DNA of 64,000 bases from Sulfolobales archaeon (GTDB lineage: Archaea; Thermoproteota; Thermoprotei_A; Sulfolobales; NBVN01), in the NCBI GenBank assembly GCA_038841535.1, contig JAWBTQ010000003.1, positions 32,001-96,000 of the forward strand, read 5' to 3'. Position 1 is the first letter of the stretch; every line of letters starts with the position of its first letter. This document shows, piece after piece, positions 51,145-60,790 of this stretch. The notes below the pieces were generated by a model. It did no database searches. It saw only the letters and a program-made list of their open reading frames with translations, and had not been told where the DNA came from. A program made the translations under genes and the position numbers.

Positions 51145-51324
51145 ATGACCAAAAAGCCCCCAGTTAAGGTTAAGGATCCACACACAGGACAAGAGCTGGA
51201 GTTAGTTCCTGAAAAGATATGGACACTAGCTCCCAAAGGGAGAAAAGGAGTTAAAATAGGACTCTTCAAGAGCCCGACAGGGAAGTACTTTAGAGCAAAA
51301 GTTCCGGAGGACTATCCGGCGTAA
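51145..51324 (+). CDS. cren7: Chromatin protein Cren7 (59 aa; below ORF-track cutoff)
   Basis: [49 protein letters not shown]. Confidence 0.97.
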   Translation: MTKKPPVKVKDPHTGQELELVPEKIWTLAPKGRKGVKIGLFKSPTGKYFRAKVPEDYPA

Positions 51325-51394
51325 CAACACGTAACAACAAATAGCTAAATCTTAAACCCCAATCTCTTTTACTTCTAATTTGTTCGTTTTCAAC

Positions 51395-51510
51395 ACTCTT
51401 TCTCGTAATGCTTAAGCCTAGTTCTAGCGCTTACTCGGGCTTCATCGAGTTCGGGATGTCCGGAGTTACTTAACAAGTCTTAAGTACTTCGTAGAAAGAT
51501 TCTAAACCTT
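51395..51510 (-). pseudogene. tnpB: IS200/IS605 tnpB 3'-end remnant (F)
   Basis: CTCGGG-CTTCATCGAG-TTCGGGATGTCCGG (from 51434) aligns with CTCGGGTCTTCATCGGGCTTAGGGGCGTTCGG (from 32482). Confidence 0.55.
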
Positions 51511-51671
51511 TAACCCGGTAGGAGAACCTCACGGACTCTTACTTGCTAGAGAAATGGCAGTGTAGTGTTGCAGCAAAGAATGTAAGAATGATAGAGGCTA
51601 GTGTGAACTATTATGCGGAATGAAACAGCTTCGGAAAGTTATTTGAAGGAACTTCTACTTCTTGACCTAGG

Positions 51672-51748
51672 TGGCGCCGGGGGGAGGACTCGAACCTCCG
51701 ACCACCGGGTTAACAGCCCGGCGCTCTACCTGGCTGAGCTACCCCGGC
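51672..51748 (-). tRNA. tRNA-Asn(GTT), CCA encoded
   Basis: GCCGGGG/CCCCGGC; CCGGG-CT-GTT-AA-CCCGG. Confidence 0.97.
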
Positions 51749-51811
51749 ACCAGAAATTAGAGTTGCTGAGCACTTATAACTTTTATCTCACACATCTTGC
51801 GATACTTGAGT

Positions 51812-53530
51812 TTAGTGCTCTAGCTTAATTAGTAAGGCCCTAGGATCTGGGGCTATTCTCACTATGGCATAGCCTCTACCAAGAGCTCTTGCTTTTTCAA
51901 TGCGTTCGCTACTGGCTTTGAGTAGCTTACTAATCTCTTCCCAGTACTCAGTGCTTGTTGATGGCAGAACTACGAGTAGGCCTAGGTTGTCTATTAGAGG
52001 TCCCAAAGTTCTGGTAAAGTCTCTTGCTGTTTGAGTAGCTAAAGCTACTACAGTCCCGAAACTCCTTCCCACTCTTATTAATTCCTCTACTAATTCTAGT
52101 GAACTCTCTCTAAGTATAGTCCACGCTTCGTCGACTACGATTACCCTACTGTAATCGGTTCTCTCAGGATGACTTATTGACGCGGTTTTCATCGCAACTG
52201 ATATGACCTTAAGTAGTAAGGGCATGAGTGATGGATCAATAGATAAGATAGATGAAACGTCTAATACGTTTACCCCAGCAGGCTCTTTAAGTAAGCTAAT
52301 CAATCCACGCCCACTACCAGAAACGGCGGCAAGTACGGATAGAACCTTACTAATGACGAATTCTGGGTATTCCTCTGAGCAGTACCTAGAGAATCTTCTT
52401 AGGGAGTTTACGAGCTCTATGTCTCCTCCTTCAGGAATTGCAGTGAGGTTGCTTAAGGCTACGTGAAGACACGAAAAAACATCCCTTCTGTTGAGTTCTC
52501 GGTGAGATGACATTACGTCTAGTAGCACTTCTGCTAAGTCTCTATTGAGGTTTTTGCGAACTGCTTTAAGTAATTCTACCAGCCCTATTGAAACATTTCT
52601 TCCTAGAGTATAGTATGCGACCTTTTTACCGTGAGACTCAAAGATCTTTTTATACTCGTTTTTCGGATCGAGTACGAGTATTCCAAGACCGACCCTATTT
52701 AGAGATAGAGCTAGTCCAGCAAGGAAAGTGGTCTTTCCGATACCAGTTGGCCCTACTACAAGTACGTGTGGAGATGCTGCTTCATTAAGGTTCCAGTAGA
52801 CTTCTTCTCCACTATCAAGATCTACTCCTAGCTTTATTCCGGAAGACCTTAGGGAAGGTTTTGCCCTCCCCAACAAAGGAATAAACGTAAACACCGGGAT
52901 AGAGATCAAGTCTGCTACTATGGTCTTCCTCCTAAGTCTGTCTGCAACCCTATAGAGCAGGCCGCGCTTTTGCCTGGATAGTCCGGCAAGTAGCATTCTA
53001 GAAAAAGCTTTCTCAGCATCAACTTCTTCTATGTCTACGCCCAACGTGTTCAGCGTACTCCTTAAGACCCTCATCCTAGTTTTTAATACCTCGAGGGAGC
53101 TTTGGAAGTCTTCACCGCAAGCCGAGACCGCAACATAGACTTCGGTCTCAAATGGCTGTAGAGAGTCCTTGAGAATCCTGCTTCTTATATACTTAGCTCT
53201 CTCAGCCTTTATCCTGCTATCAGCTTTAAGTGGATTGACTTCGTAAGCAACGGTGTTCTCAGCTATAATTCTTTCGAGGTTCTTTGCGAAAGCGAGTCTA
53301 TCAACGGGTTTAATGAAGGTGTGAAACTCTAAGGGAAAACCTAGGTTGAACGCATTAACGTAAGCCTTTATGTACTTTACTGAGGTGAAGTCGTCGAGAT
53401 CCTGTATAGCTGTACTTACGTTTGTTACTTTAGTAACTCTCTTAACACACACTCCTGAACTCTCACTATAGACCAAAAGTCCGTCTCTAAGCTCGTAAGT
53501 CTCGTGCTCCATAAGCTGTTTCCCCCACAT
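51812..53530 (-). CDS. VirB4-like ATPase (CedB-like, no N-terminal TM helix)
   Basis: VirB4-type N-terminal domain (DLDD...P...PFETEVYVAV...L..LGV); GPTGIGKT, LDPKNEY, VVDEAW, R.GRSFG, ATQ. Confidence 0.78.
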   Translation of the reverse strand: MWGKQLMEHETYELRDGLLVYSESSGVCVKRVTKVTNVSTAIQDLDDFTSVKYIKAYVNAFNLGFPLEFHTFIKPVDRLAFAKNLERIIAENTVAYEVNPLKADSRIKAERAKYIRSRILKDSLQPFETEVYVAVSACGEDFQSSLEVLKTRMRVLRSTLNTLGVDIEEVDAEKAFSRMLLAGLSRQKRGLLYRVADRLRRKTIVADLISIPVFTFIPLLGRAKPSLRSSGIKLGVDLDSGEEVYWNLNEAASPHVLVVGPTGIGKTTFLAGLALSLNRVGLGILVLDPKNEYKKIFESHGKKVAYYTLGRNVSIGLVELLKAVRKNLNRDLAEVLLDVMSSHRELNRRDVFSCLHVALSNLTAIPEGGDIELVNSLRRFSRYCSEEYPEFVISKVLSVLAAVSGSGRGLISLLKEPAGVNVLDVSSILSIDPSLMPLLLKVISVAMKTASISHPERTDYSRVIVVDEAWTILRESSLELVEELIRVGRSFGTVVALATQTARDFTRTLGPLIDNLGLLVVLPSTSTEYWEEISKLLKASSERIEKARALGRGYAIVRIAPDPRALLIKLEH

Positions 53531-55568
53531 GATATCCCACTGACAAAGCCGCCTTTAGTGCTAACCAGACCACGTCTCTCCAGTCTAGGGCAACTCTACT
53601 AGTACCCAAGCTGACCGAGAACCCAGTCACTAAGTATATTGGCTCAAGCTTTTGTTCAAATACTTTTCTGCCATCCAAATAAATCGCGAGCACGTAATCA
53701 CCTTCGTGCTCAATTTTCACATACAACCTCTTGCTTGTAGCTACTTCGTACTTTATACAATCAGCGTAGAATCCTCCACTAGCTGCCCTATCTGAGTAAG
53801 CACCATAGAAACACTTTCGAATAGAGTCTCTAAATACTTTAGATGAATTTAACTCGAAGCTTTCATCATCTACTCTTATTACCTTAGTGAGCTCTAGCAG
53901 AGCTGGTTCCTCACAGTTTTCTACGAGAAGATAGTCGTATCCTTCAAACACGTTTCTGTTCAAGCAGAGCAACTTTAAGGAATGTCCTGGTGCCTTAATT
54001 ACACTTTTAGACTTGGTTTCAAACACTTCTATTCTCTCACTGTAGTCTCTTTCAACATCCTTAAACTCCCGAGGGTCTAGGTATACAGTAGCTATTTCTT
54101 CGGGATCAAATAACTCCGAGTTAACTACCAGCTTAACGAGTACTTCGTTCTTCTCCGAACACTTCCCAGAGAACTTTATGGAGACATCGTTTAAGCCGGG
54201 TTTAATGGTGTTGCTGCTGAGAACAACACTGCTTTCACTAACTCCAGATACTTCCGCCTTAATCGGTACCGGTATCGGAACACGACTAGTAATTTTTAGA
54301 TTAATTCGGCCAAGGCAATTATGGTTTACGTTACTCAGAAGTTTCCCGGACTTAGCTATAGCAAGAGATTTACTGACTACGTTATCTAACTCGAGCTTAC
54401 CGAACTTGACGTATTCTTCGACAGCCCTGTAGTACGTTGGGCACTCTACTGTGACTTTTAAGTATCCTTCCCACCCCAGGGTCTTCGGATATATCAATGC
54501 GCGAAGAACTCCGGCGACAACGCTCTGTTCCCAAACCGCGGTGAATCTTGGTGAAACAGAGAAGCGACACCCATCGAACCAGGGCTTGACAACGAGTTCA
54601 GCCAATCCCTCTCCACTACCTTCATTGCGAACTTTGACCTCCACCTCAGCAGGAGCTAGAGGATCTAGAAAAGTAACTAAGTCTTCAGTGAGGCAAGCAA
54701 CACCACTAGTGGTAGATACGCACGACCTAAGCAGGGGTGAGTCAAGTGCGAAGGAGACTCTATCATTCAAGATCTTAACGAGACCAGCACGGTTTACTAT
54801 CGAGACTACGTCCTTAAAGGAAGACACCTCCTTAACTGCCTCCTTTAAGACCGTAGTGTACGCACCGTACTTCACGACCTTAAGTCCCTCTCGGTCAGCA
54901 AGGACAATTCCGTCACTAACACATGCTGCTGAGACGACCTCACTCACCTTCCCGAGAACGTCGAGAACGCCGTTTCTCACTCTAACTAAAAACCCGTCGC
55001 GGTCAATTAGGTAATCACCAGTTGGACAGCTCACGATGAACCTGAAAAACCCAGGTATTAGCTCAATACCGTTGATCGATACTGAAAGTGTCAGCGACTT
55101 ATTACTAACGGAGAACCCCCCGAAGCCCGCGTTTATACCTAGACTTCGTATCTCGCGAGGATCTAGCCTCACTGAGTCTATTCCGTATATTCTAGTTACA
55201 CCGTCTACTACATCTAGTATTCCAGTTAAGCACTTACTCCTTTTACACGCTACTAAGTATATCATCGTTCCTAGCGTTCTAATGAAACCACTGCCCCGAA
55301 ATACTCTACCTCCAGCACTCAGTACCAGCTCCGAGTTTTCACGCTTGATCACTATATCTCTCAGCTTAAGTTCCGAAGCAGAGACGTCTAGAGATGCCGC
55401 TCGAATAGGTTCTCGACTTAGAACATAGAGATAGTAGTTATTGCCACTAAGAATCTTTAGTACTGGTTTACCTAGAGTGCTCCTAGTTAACTCTACTTCA
55501 TTTACGTCACTTAGTTCATCGAAGACTTTGTTTAGTCTTATTACACCGGTTACTGAAGGAACTATCAC
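53487..55568 (-). CDS. 693-aa beta-rich protein of unknown function in the pilus operon
   Basis: Long ORF overlapping both neighbours; short beta-strand repeats then Ig-like segments; no signal peptide seen. Confidence 0.75.
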   Translation of the reverse strand: MIVPSVTGVIRLNKVFDELSDVNEVELTRSTLGKPVLKILSGNNYYLYVLSREPIRAASLDVSASELKLRDIVIKRENSELVLSAGGRVFRGSGFIRTLGTMIYLVACKRSKCLTGILDVVDGVTRIYGIDSVRLDPREIRSLGINAGFGGFSVSNKSLTLSVSINGIELIPGFFRFIVSCPTGDYLIDRDGFLVRVRNGVLDVLGKVSEVVSAACVSDGIVLADREGLKVVKYGAYTTVLKEAVKEVSSFKDVVSIVNRAGLVKILNDRVSFALDSPLLRSCVSTTSGVACLTEDLVTFLDPLAPAEVEVKVRNEGSGEGLAELVVKPWFDGCRFSVSPRFTAVWEQSVVAGVLRALIYPKTLGWEGYLKVTVECPTYYRAVEEYVKFGKLELDNVVSKSLAIAKSGKLLSNVNHNCLGRINLKITSRVPIPVPIKAEVSGVSESSVVLSSNTIKPGLNDVSIKFSGKCSEKNEVLVKLVVNSELFDPEEIATVYLDPREFKDVERDYSERIEVFETKSKSVIKAPGHSLKLLCLNRNVFEGYDYLLVENCEEPALLELTKVIRVDDESFELNSSKVFRDSIRKCFYGAYSDRAASGGFYADCIKYEVATSKRLYVKIEHEGDYVLAIYLDGRKVFEQKLEPIYLVTGFSVSLGTSRVALDWRDVVWLALKAALSVGYHVGETAYGARDLRA

Positions 55569-56995
55569 GGCGTAACACCTAGCGCGTAGAGCTCTAGTAG
55601 TACTAACCCCACTAGAGCGGTATTTTCCAGGGTGCCAAATGTAGTAAGAGTAGCGATAACACTATAGAAAAGTGATGATATAAAGCAGTAGGTCCTTATT
55701 TCACCACTTGCTAGACCTGTTGCTGCCACTAGAGAGGTTGAGAAGCTCAAAATAAGTGGTAGAAAGAGTGCTGTAGCTATCACTAGGAGTCTAACAGCAA
55801 TACTCTGCTTAACGAGAGAGAATAGTTCCTCGACTATGTCCTTAAATGCTATTATTCTAGTTGTATCTACACTTCCGTGCCTGATGGACCTTAAAAGCAT
55901 GTAGTAGCAGAGTGAGGTAAAGACGCTGCGGCTACGTAGATCGCCCAGACTCTTTTCTACTAGCTCTATAGGGCGGTGAGCATAAGGCACTCTATCTGCT
56001 AAGCTGATAAGCTGAGATGGTATAGATACGACTGATAGATAGGTAGCAACAAACCTTTGAGTTGCTACAGCCCCTAGAGCGAGGAACGTTGCTCCTGAAA
56101 ATACTAGTGAAGTCTTCACTCCAATCATCGGGGATAGTAAAAAGGGTAAAAATGCGGTAGTAAGTAAGTACCTAAGTTTTTTAGTTTCTACAGATATCTT
56201 CAATAGCCTGGGTGTTGCACTCTCAGATATGGCTAACGCAATTGCGGGTGCGGCCATAGTAATATAGGTGTACTGTACTTCGGAGCCAGTTAAAGCAATG
56301 ACTAGAGCTATCAGTGGGGGAGTCAAGCCGTTAAATACAGCAGCAGTCAAACTCAGGATAGTCTTAAGCTCTAGAGAGTTTTTTGCTGAAGTTTTAAGCT
56401 CGCGGAGAGACTCCTGAAACTTACTGTATATCCATGTACCAAAGTCGGCACTTTCGCGAGTCACTATGTACTCTAGCAGCAGCTTCCTCATCGGTTTCGG
56501 GGCTCTAAGCACGTACTCCTTGATACCCTTTATCCCGGGAAAGAACTTGAAGAATAGCTTGAGTCTCATGTACTCGTTACACATCGATGGCAGGAACCCG
56601 CAGGCATGCTCCGATTCTTCTTCTAGATCCCTCACTAAGTCATCACCGGGGCTCGCACCCTCCAGTACCATGAAGTAAGCTATGTCTTCCCGCAGGCTTT
56701 TCACGTAAGTAGCGTAGTACAGAAGCTCTACGGCTAGAGGTAGTAGAAAGAGCATAGACGCCGCAACGGGGATAGTAAAGAAGAAAAAGTAGGGGTTGTT
56801 TGAATGTTTTGAGGCAATATACGAGGCCAGCGCCAATCCAAGTGTGGGTACCGCAGATACTTTGAGTATATATAGAACTGCCTTATCAGCCTCAGCTTTG
56901 GGTTTTCCTCTAGCTATTCTCACTTTGTTTAGTAGCTCTAAGTATTCACCTAGAGCTCGACTAATATGAAGGATGGGCGAGCTACTTAAACCCAT
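55565..56995 (-). CDS. Type IV pilus membrane platform protein (TadC/ArlJ/UpsF-like)
   Basis: Alternating TM clusters and cytoplasmic helical domains; directly follows the assembly ATPase. Confidence 0.72.
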   Translation of the reverse strand: MGLSSSPILHISRALGEYLELLNKVRIARGKPKAEADKAVLYILKVSAVPTLGLALASYIASKHSNNPYFFFFTIPVAASMLFLLPLAVELLYYATYVKSLREDIAYFMVLEGASPGDDLVRDLEEESEHACGFLPSMCNEYMRLKLFFKFFPGIKGIKEYVLRAPKPMRKLLLEYIVTRESADFGTWIYSKFQESLRELKTSAKNSLELKTILSLTAAVFNGLTPPLIALVIALTGSEVQYTYITMAAPAIALAISESATPRLLKISVETKKLRYLLTTAFLPFLLSPMIGVKTSLVFSGATFLALGAVATQRFVATYLSVVSIPSQLISLADRVPYAHRPIELVEKSLGDLRSRSVFTSLCYYMLLRSIRHGSVDTTRIIAFKDIVEELFSLVKQSIAVRLLVIATALFLPLILSFSTSLVAATGLASGEIRTYCFISSLFYSVIATLTTFGTLENTALVGLVLLELYALGVTP

Positions 56996-59499
56996 AGGTC
57001 TCTCGCTCTATTAAACCTCGTAAGAAGAGTCTCTAAGTCTAGGTCTTCCCCATATCTATAGACGGTATTAAGGACTAGAGAATTTGACCTCAGTACAGGT
57101 TCGTCGACTCTAACAACCACCCTCCTCAAGCCGCCGTCCTCTAGAAAACTTAGAGTGATAAACAACCAGATCATGGCAAGCTGTTGAGGTGCTAACTCTA
57201 TGGGGGGTGAAGTAAGTCTTACGATGGCTTCCTCGGGTGAGCCGGCATGGAACGTCGTATTATGGGTCAGTATCAAAGACCCGGAGATAGCGTAAAGGTG
57301 GGTTCCAGGTACTTCAACATCGTATAATAGGCTCTGTTTTTCGATGAAGTCCACTCTTTTAACTTTGAGCATACTCAGCTCGCTTTCCTTGCGACTTACT
57401 GTAGCCGGGAAGAGGTTCTCGTAGCTGTAGTGCTTTAATCCTAGTACTCTGAGAAGATTTTCTCTATCTTTCTCCTCTACAATGCAGATTTCGTATTTTT
57501 CTTCAGTACCTGGCTTGGGTGGCTCAATATACGATCGCACACCGAGAGTCTTAAGTACTAGGACTAGAGACTCAGCAAACTTTCTGCTCGGTGCGTACAT
57601 CTTAAAGGTTGCGTAACTCTCGTAGTCTAAACTTACTTTATCGCTTAAACCGTCGCAGTACCCTTCAATTAGGCCTACTCTGAACTCATTTCCGGACTCA
57701 AGGGCTATACCTAAAGGCACGTGCTTCATCTCAGCCTTTGAACTACCTGAAACGCCGACAAGCAGGACAGCTAGTGGCCGGTATTCTACGGTGACGTGAG
57801 TAACGCCCTTAGGCAAAGATCTAACGGTATTTACGACCTCGGAAGGAATACCTAGACTTGCTAGAGCCTCAAGTAGCTTAGTCAGCTTAGTTGATTCAAC
57901 ATCGAGGTGCACTAGCCAGGTGTTTCTTGTGAGATCTTTCTCCACGTAACCGGTCGCTAAGTATAGCCCAAGAACGTAACCCAGATTTCTATCTAGTTTA
58001 AACCGTTTAGATAGCTCCAATGATCCGGGCAACCGATTCACGCGTCTATCAGTCAGCTCAGATCTTCCTTCTGTGAACAACCCCGGATGGTGAAGGCCTT
58101 CAGTCACGTTTAGATCTTCATCTACAATTTCTGGCACCTCTATGAAGTCCCTTTCTTGAGTTGGCTTAGGGGGGTGAGGAAGAGATACGAGTAGATCTCC
58201 GGGGTTAAGGTCCTTAGCTTTCTTGAGAGTTAGACCTAAGTCGGTATCTGCTGCTACTACTAAATGATCTTCATGAACTTCATGTGTTACTCCATTCTCG
58301 ACTTCTATTCTGACGAACTTGTTGCTACCTCTCTTTGCGACTACTGCCGATACTGGCTGCCAGGTAGGTTCTAGATCGGCTCCGAGAGACACTACCTCGA
58401 CTCTCTTATGGCTACCCTTTAGTACCCCGTTCACTACCTCCCTGATCTCGTAAAGGCCGATCTTTCCGTCGATTTTAGCCAGCACTAGTTGATCTCCTGG
58501 AAGGCAGAGACCTCCTAGACCCATGTTCATTGCTTGAACTAGGACTCTAGCTTCAGCTCCTCTGGTTTCACCTATAACTAAGAATCTGCTGACAGACGCT
58601 CTTAACGCAGCTTTAGCTAAAGCCATCTGGTCTATCCCTCTAGTAGAACCCCAGACGTCAGTTGGAACAGCATACCTAACCCAGCTGGAGCCCTTAGGTA
58701 CGTCTACCTCTGGGGTGTCCTCGATTATCGCTATTTTCCAATACCTAGGAATAGCTGAGTAAAGTATGGCCTTAAGTAAGGTAGTCTTACCAGAACCCGG
58801 TGGTCCAAGAATAACTATAGATCCTCCCTTTCTAACGACGAGCTTTATTAGCTCAGCTACAGAGCTCGGCATTACTTTGGCCTTAACTAGGGCATCGAGG
58901 TCTACAAAGCCGTGATAAAGCTTTTTCCTAATGACTAGTTCTCCGGTTGAATGAGCAACATCAGGTAGAACCAAGTGTACTCTATGACCACCGTCTTCCT
59001 CAGGTAAAGTAAAGTCCATTATTGGTATTCTCCTGTTGACTACCCTCCCAGAACGCTCAGCAGCAAGCTCCATATAGCTCACTAGTTCTTCGTAAGTAGC
59101 TACAACTATGTTGGTTTCAATGTAATCTGCTGATGGATCCTTCTCAAGTACGTACTTGTGTCTAACCCATACAGGACCCGTGCCAACGATCGATACGTCC
59201 TCTACGTAGGGGTCGTCTAAGAGCACCTGAAGCTTCTTATACTTGAGCTCCCGACTTACTACGTATGTAACGAGTTCTGGGTCGTAGTCCTTGAGGTATG
59301 TGAGTACTGCTTTAGCGACATCATAAATACTTACACTTTTCTGAGGGCCTACGAACTCTAGAGCTTTACCTACTAGTCTGGCTATAGTTTCATATTTTTC
59401 TGGGTCGATATCGTTAACTAGGTAGTAGTAGTTTCCGGAAAGGTCTTTGACTATACTAATAGAAGAAAGTCCTACGTTATAGCTAAGTAAAACCTCCAA
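56986..59499 (-). CDS. Type IV pilus assembly ATPase (VirB11/TadA family) containing an intein
   Basis: DDPYVEDVS, IRK, GPPGSGKTT, IEDTPE, IGETRG.EA, TFHA; 416-aa insert. Confidence 0.92.
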   Translation of the reverse strand: MEVLLSYNVGLSSISIVKDLSGNYYYLVNDIDPEKYETIARLVGKALEFVGPQKSVSIYDVAKAVLTYLKDYDPELVTYVVSRELKYKKLQVLLDDPYVEDVSIVGTGPVWVRHKYVLEKDPSADYIETNIVVATYEELVSYMELAAERSGRVVNRRIPIMDFTLPEEDGGHRVHLVLPDVAHSTGELVIRKKLYHGFVDLDALVKAKVMPSSVAELIKLVVRKGGSIVILGPPGSGKTTLLKAILYSAIPRYWKIAIIEDTPEVDVPKGSSWVRYAVPTDVWGSTRGIDQMALAKAALRASVSRFLVIGETRGAEARVLVQAMNMGLGGLCLPGDQLVLAKIDGKIGLYEIREVVNGVLKGSHKRVEVVSLGADLEPTWQPVSAVVAKRGSNKFVRIEVENGVTHEVHEDHLVVAADTDLGLTLKKAKDLNPGDLLVSLPHPPKPTQERDFIEVPEIVDEDLNVTEGLHHPGLFTEGRSELTDRRVNRLPGSLELSKRFKLDRNLGYVLGLYLATGYVEKDLTRNTWLVHLDVESTKLTKLLEALASLGIPSEVVNTVRSLPKGVTHVTVEYRPLAVLLVGVSGSSKAEMKHVPLGIALESGNEFRVGLIEGYCDGLSDKVSLDYESYATFKMYAPSRKFAESLVLVLKTLGVRSYIEPPKPGTEEKYEICIVEEKDRENLLRVLGLKHYSYENLFPATVSRKESELSMLKVKRVDFIEKQSLLYDVEVPGTHLYAISGSLILTHNTTFHAGSPEEAIVRLTSPPIELAPQQLAMIWLFITLSFLEDGGLRRVVVRVDEPVLRSNSLVLNTVYRYGEDLDLETLLTRFNRARDLWV
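57259..58506 (-). mobile_element. Intein (residues 332-747, 416 aa) with degenerate LAGLIDADG domain
   Basis: GGL|CLPGD start, block B His (VHEDH), block F LYDVEV, end THN|T; LGLYLATG and IEGYCDGL motifs. Confidence 0.93.
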
Positions 59500-59537
59500 T
59501 GAAAAACACCTTGAGTATTTCGAGTTAGAGAACTTGT

Positions 59538-59987
59538 TTACCCTAAGTTTATCGGTATTTCTATCTGTTTATTAGTGGCTACCTCACTCGCTACTACTAT
59601 AAGACCCCTGACTCTAGTAGTCCCACTAGAAACAGCTATAACGAAGATCTTTTCACTACCTGGCTCTAGGGTCACCTGCTCATTACTTAACGCATTGCGT
59701 GCCTCGACTACGGTTCCATTTGTTAATATAGCCTTAAACTCAGTCACTTTGTATGATGTCTGACCTTGGTTTCGTAGACCGACCGTGATAACTTCTTCAC
59801 CGTTAGTGTAGGTTCTGCTGACTAGATACCCACTAAGAGGCTGAACTATGTTCATGTTTTCAAGACTTCCCGCTCTACTGGACAACCAGCCTTGGACCAC
59901 CATTACTATAGGGATCACTATAGCAACCAAGGCTAGTATAATCACCAACTCACTTATTCCCCTCCTCAACTTTTTACGTACCAACAT
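59538..59987 (-). CDS. Type IV pilin with class III signal peptide (probable start ATG 59987)
   Basis: MLVRKKLRRG|ISELVIILALVAIVIPIV; Ig-like C domain (LRNQG, LEPG.E); TTTTTAAG box about 25 nt upstream. Confidence 0.85.
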   Translation of the reverse strand: MLVRKKLRRGISELVIILALVAIVIPIVMVVQGWLSSRAGSLENMNIVQPLSGYLVSRTYTNGEEVITVGLRNQGQTSYKVTEFKAILTNGTVVEARNALSNEQVTLEPGSEKIFVIAVSSGTTRVRGLIVVASEVATNKQIEIPINLG

Positions 59988-60259
59988 GTCGGCTCCCAAT
60001 AGGAAACCTCCTTAAAAAGTGTCTCAGCACCGATCAGTATTAGCCTTCGTCTATAATATCCTAATAATAGGGCGGTACTAACAGGGCCTGTAACCAGGTT
60101 GATTCACATAGACAATCAAGAGGTAGATATTGACATAAATACTGATTCCCCCTATTCTATTATTCTCCATAGATTAGATTGTCTCGACGGTAGATGCGAT
60201 ACCTGATTGATCTTACTACTTAAAAGTATGCCGTATTTAAAGGTAACTAAGGGTCTGAC

Positions 60260-60568
60260 ATGAATAGGGTTAAAAAACTGTTAGATAGCATGTACGCAAA
60301 GCTTTTCACTCCTGGAGATATAGTGGCAGCTACAGGATTACCTAGGTACGAAGTTCTTGCTGCTTTACACGTCCTAGAAGAACTCGGAATTATAGAGCTC
60401 GTGATATCTAAAGGAAACTATAAGGTGTATCGGCTAACTAAACTCGGTGAGAAGCTGTATAAAGCTCTTGAGTTAAGCGAAAGCCCCCTACTGAGTGTAG
60501 AGCTTAGTGCAGGAGCTCCTCAAGGAGAAAACAGCTCCGCGAGCTTAGTAACAGAAAGTAGTAGCTGA
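60260..60568 (+). CDS. Winged helix-turn-helix protein, divergent from the pilus operon
   Basis: TPGDIVAATGLPRYEV...L..LEE.G.I...KVYRLT..G. Confidence 0.85.
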   Translation: MNRVKKLLDSMYAKLFTPGDIVAATGLPRYEVLAALHVLEELGIIELVISKGNYKVYRLTKLGEKLYKALELSESPLLSVELSAGAPQGENSSASLVTESSS

Positions 60569-60711
60569 TTCCACGCTTAACTAATTCACAATACAGGAGA
60601 GTTCACAAAGCAGCACATACTCATACACCACGTCTAAGACACACTTATATCGATTTCACGCACGCTGTGAAATAAACCACGAGGTTCTAAATCCAGTGCT
60701 CCCCTATTTTA

Positions 60712-60790
60712 GTGACCTCCTCCCAGCCCTAAGAGACGAGGGCTTCCTTCAACCGGTTCACTGGTCTACGGCTCACTGTCATTGTCCTCA
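60712..60790 (-). mobile_element. IS200/IS605 right-end remnant (D)
   Basis: Minus strand GAACCGGTTGAAGGAAGCCCTCGTCTCTTAGGGCTGGGAGGAGGTCAC, a degenerate form of the recalled CCCTCGCCCTTYAGGGCGGGGAGGAGGTCA subterminal hairpin. Confidence 0.7.

Noticed and set aside
51321-51339. Tandem GTAACAACA repeat at the cren7 stop
   Set aside because: Only two short copies; probably slippage
59988-60060. Sulfolobus-type UV/DNA-damage box (ANTTTC) upstream of the pilin TATA box
   Set aside because: No match upstream of the TATA box, so damage inducibility is not supported by sequence
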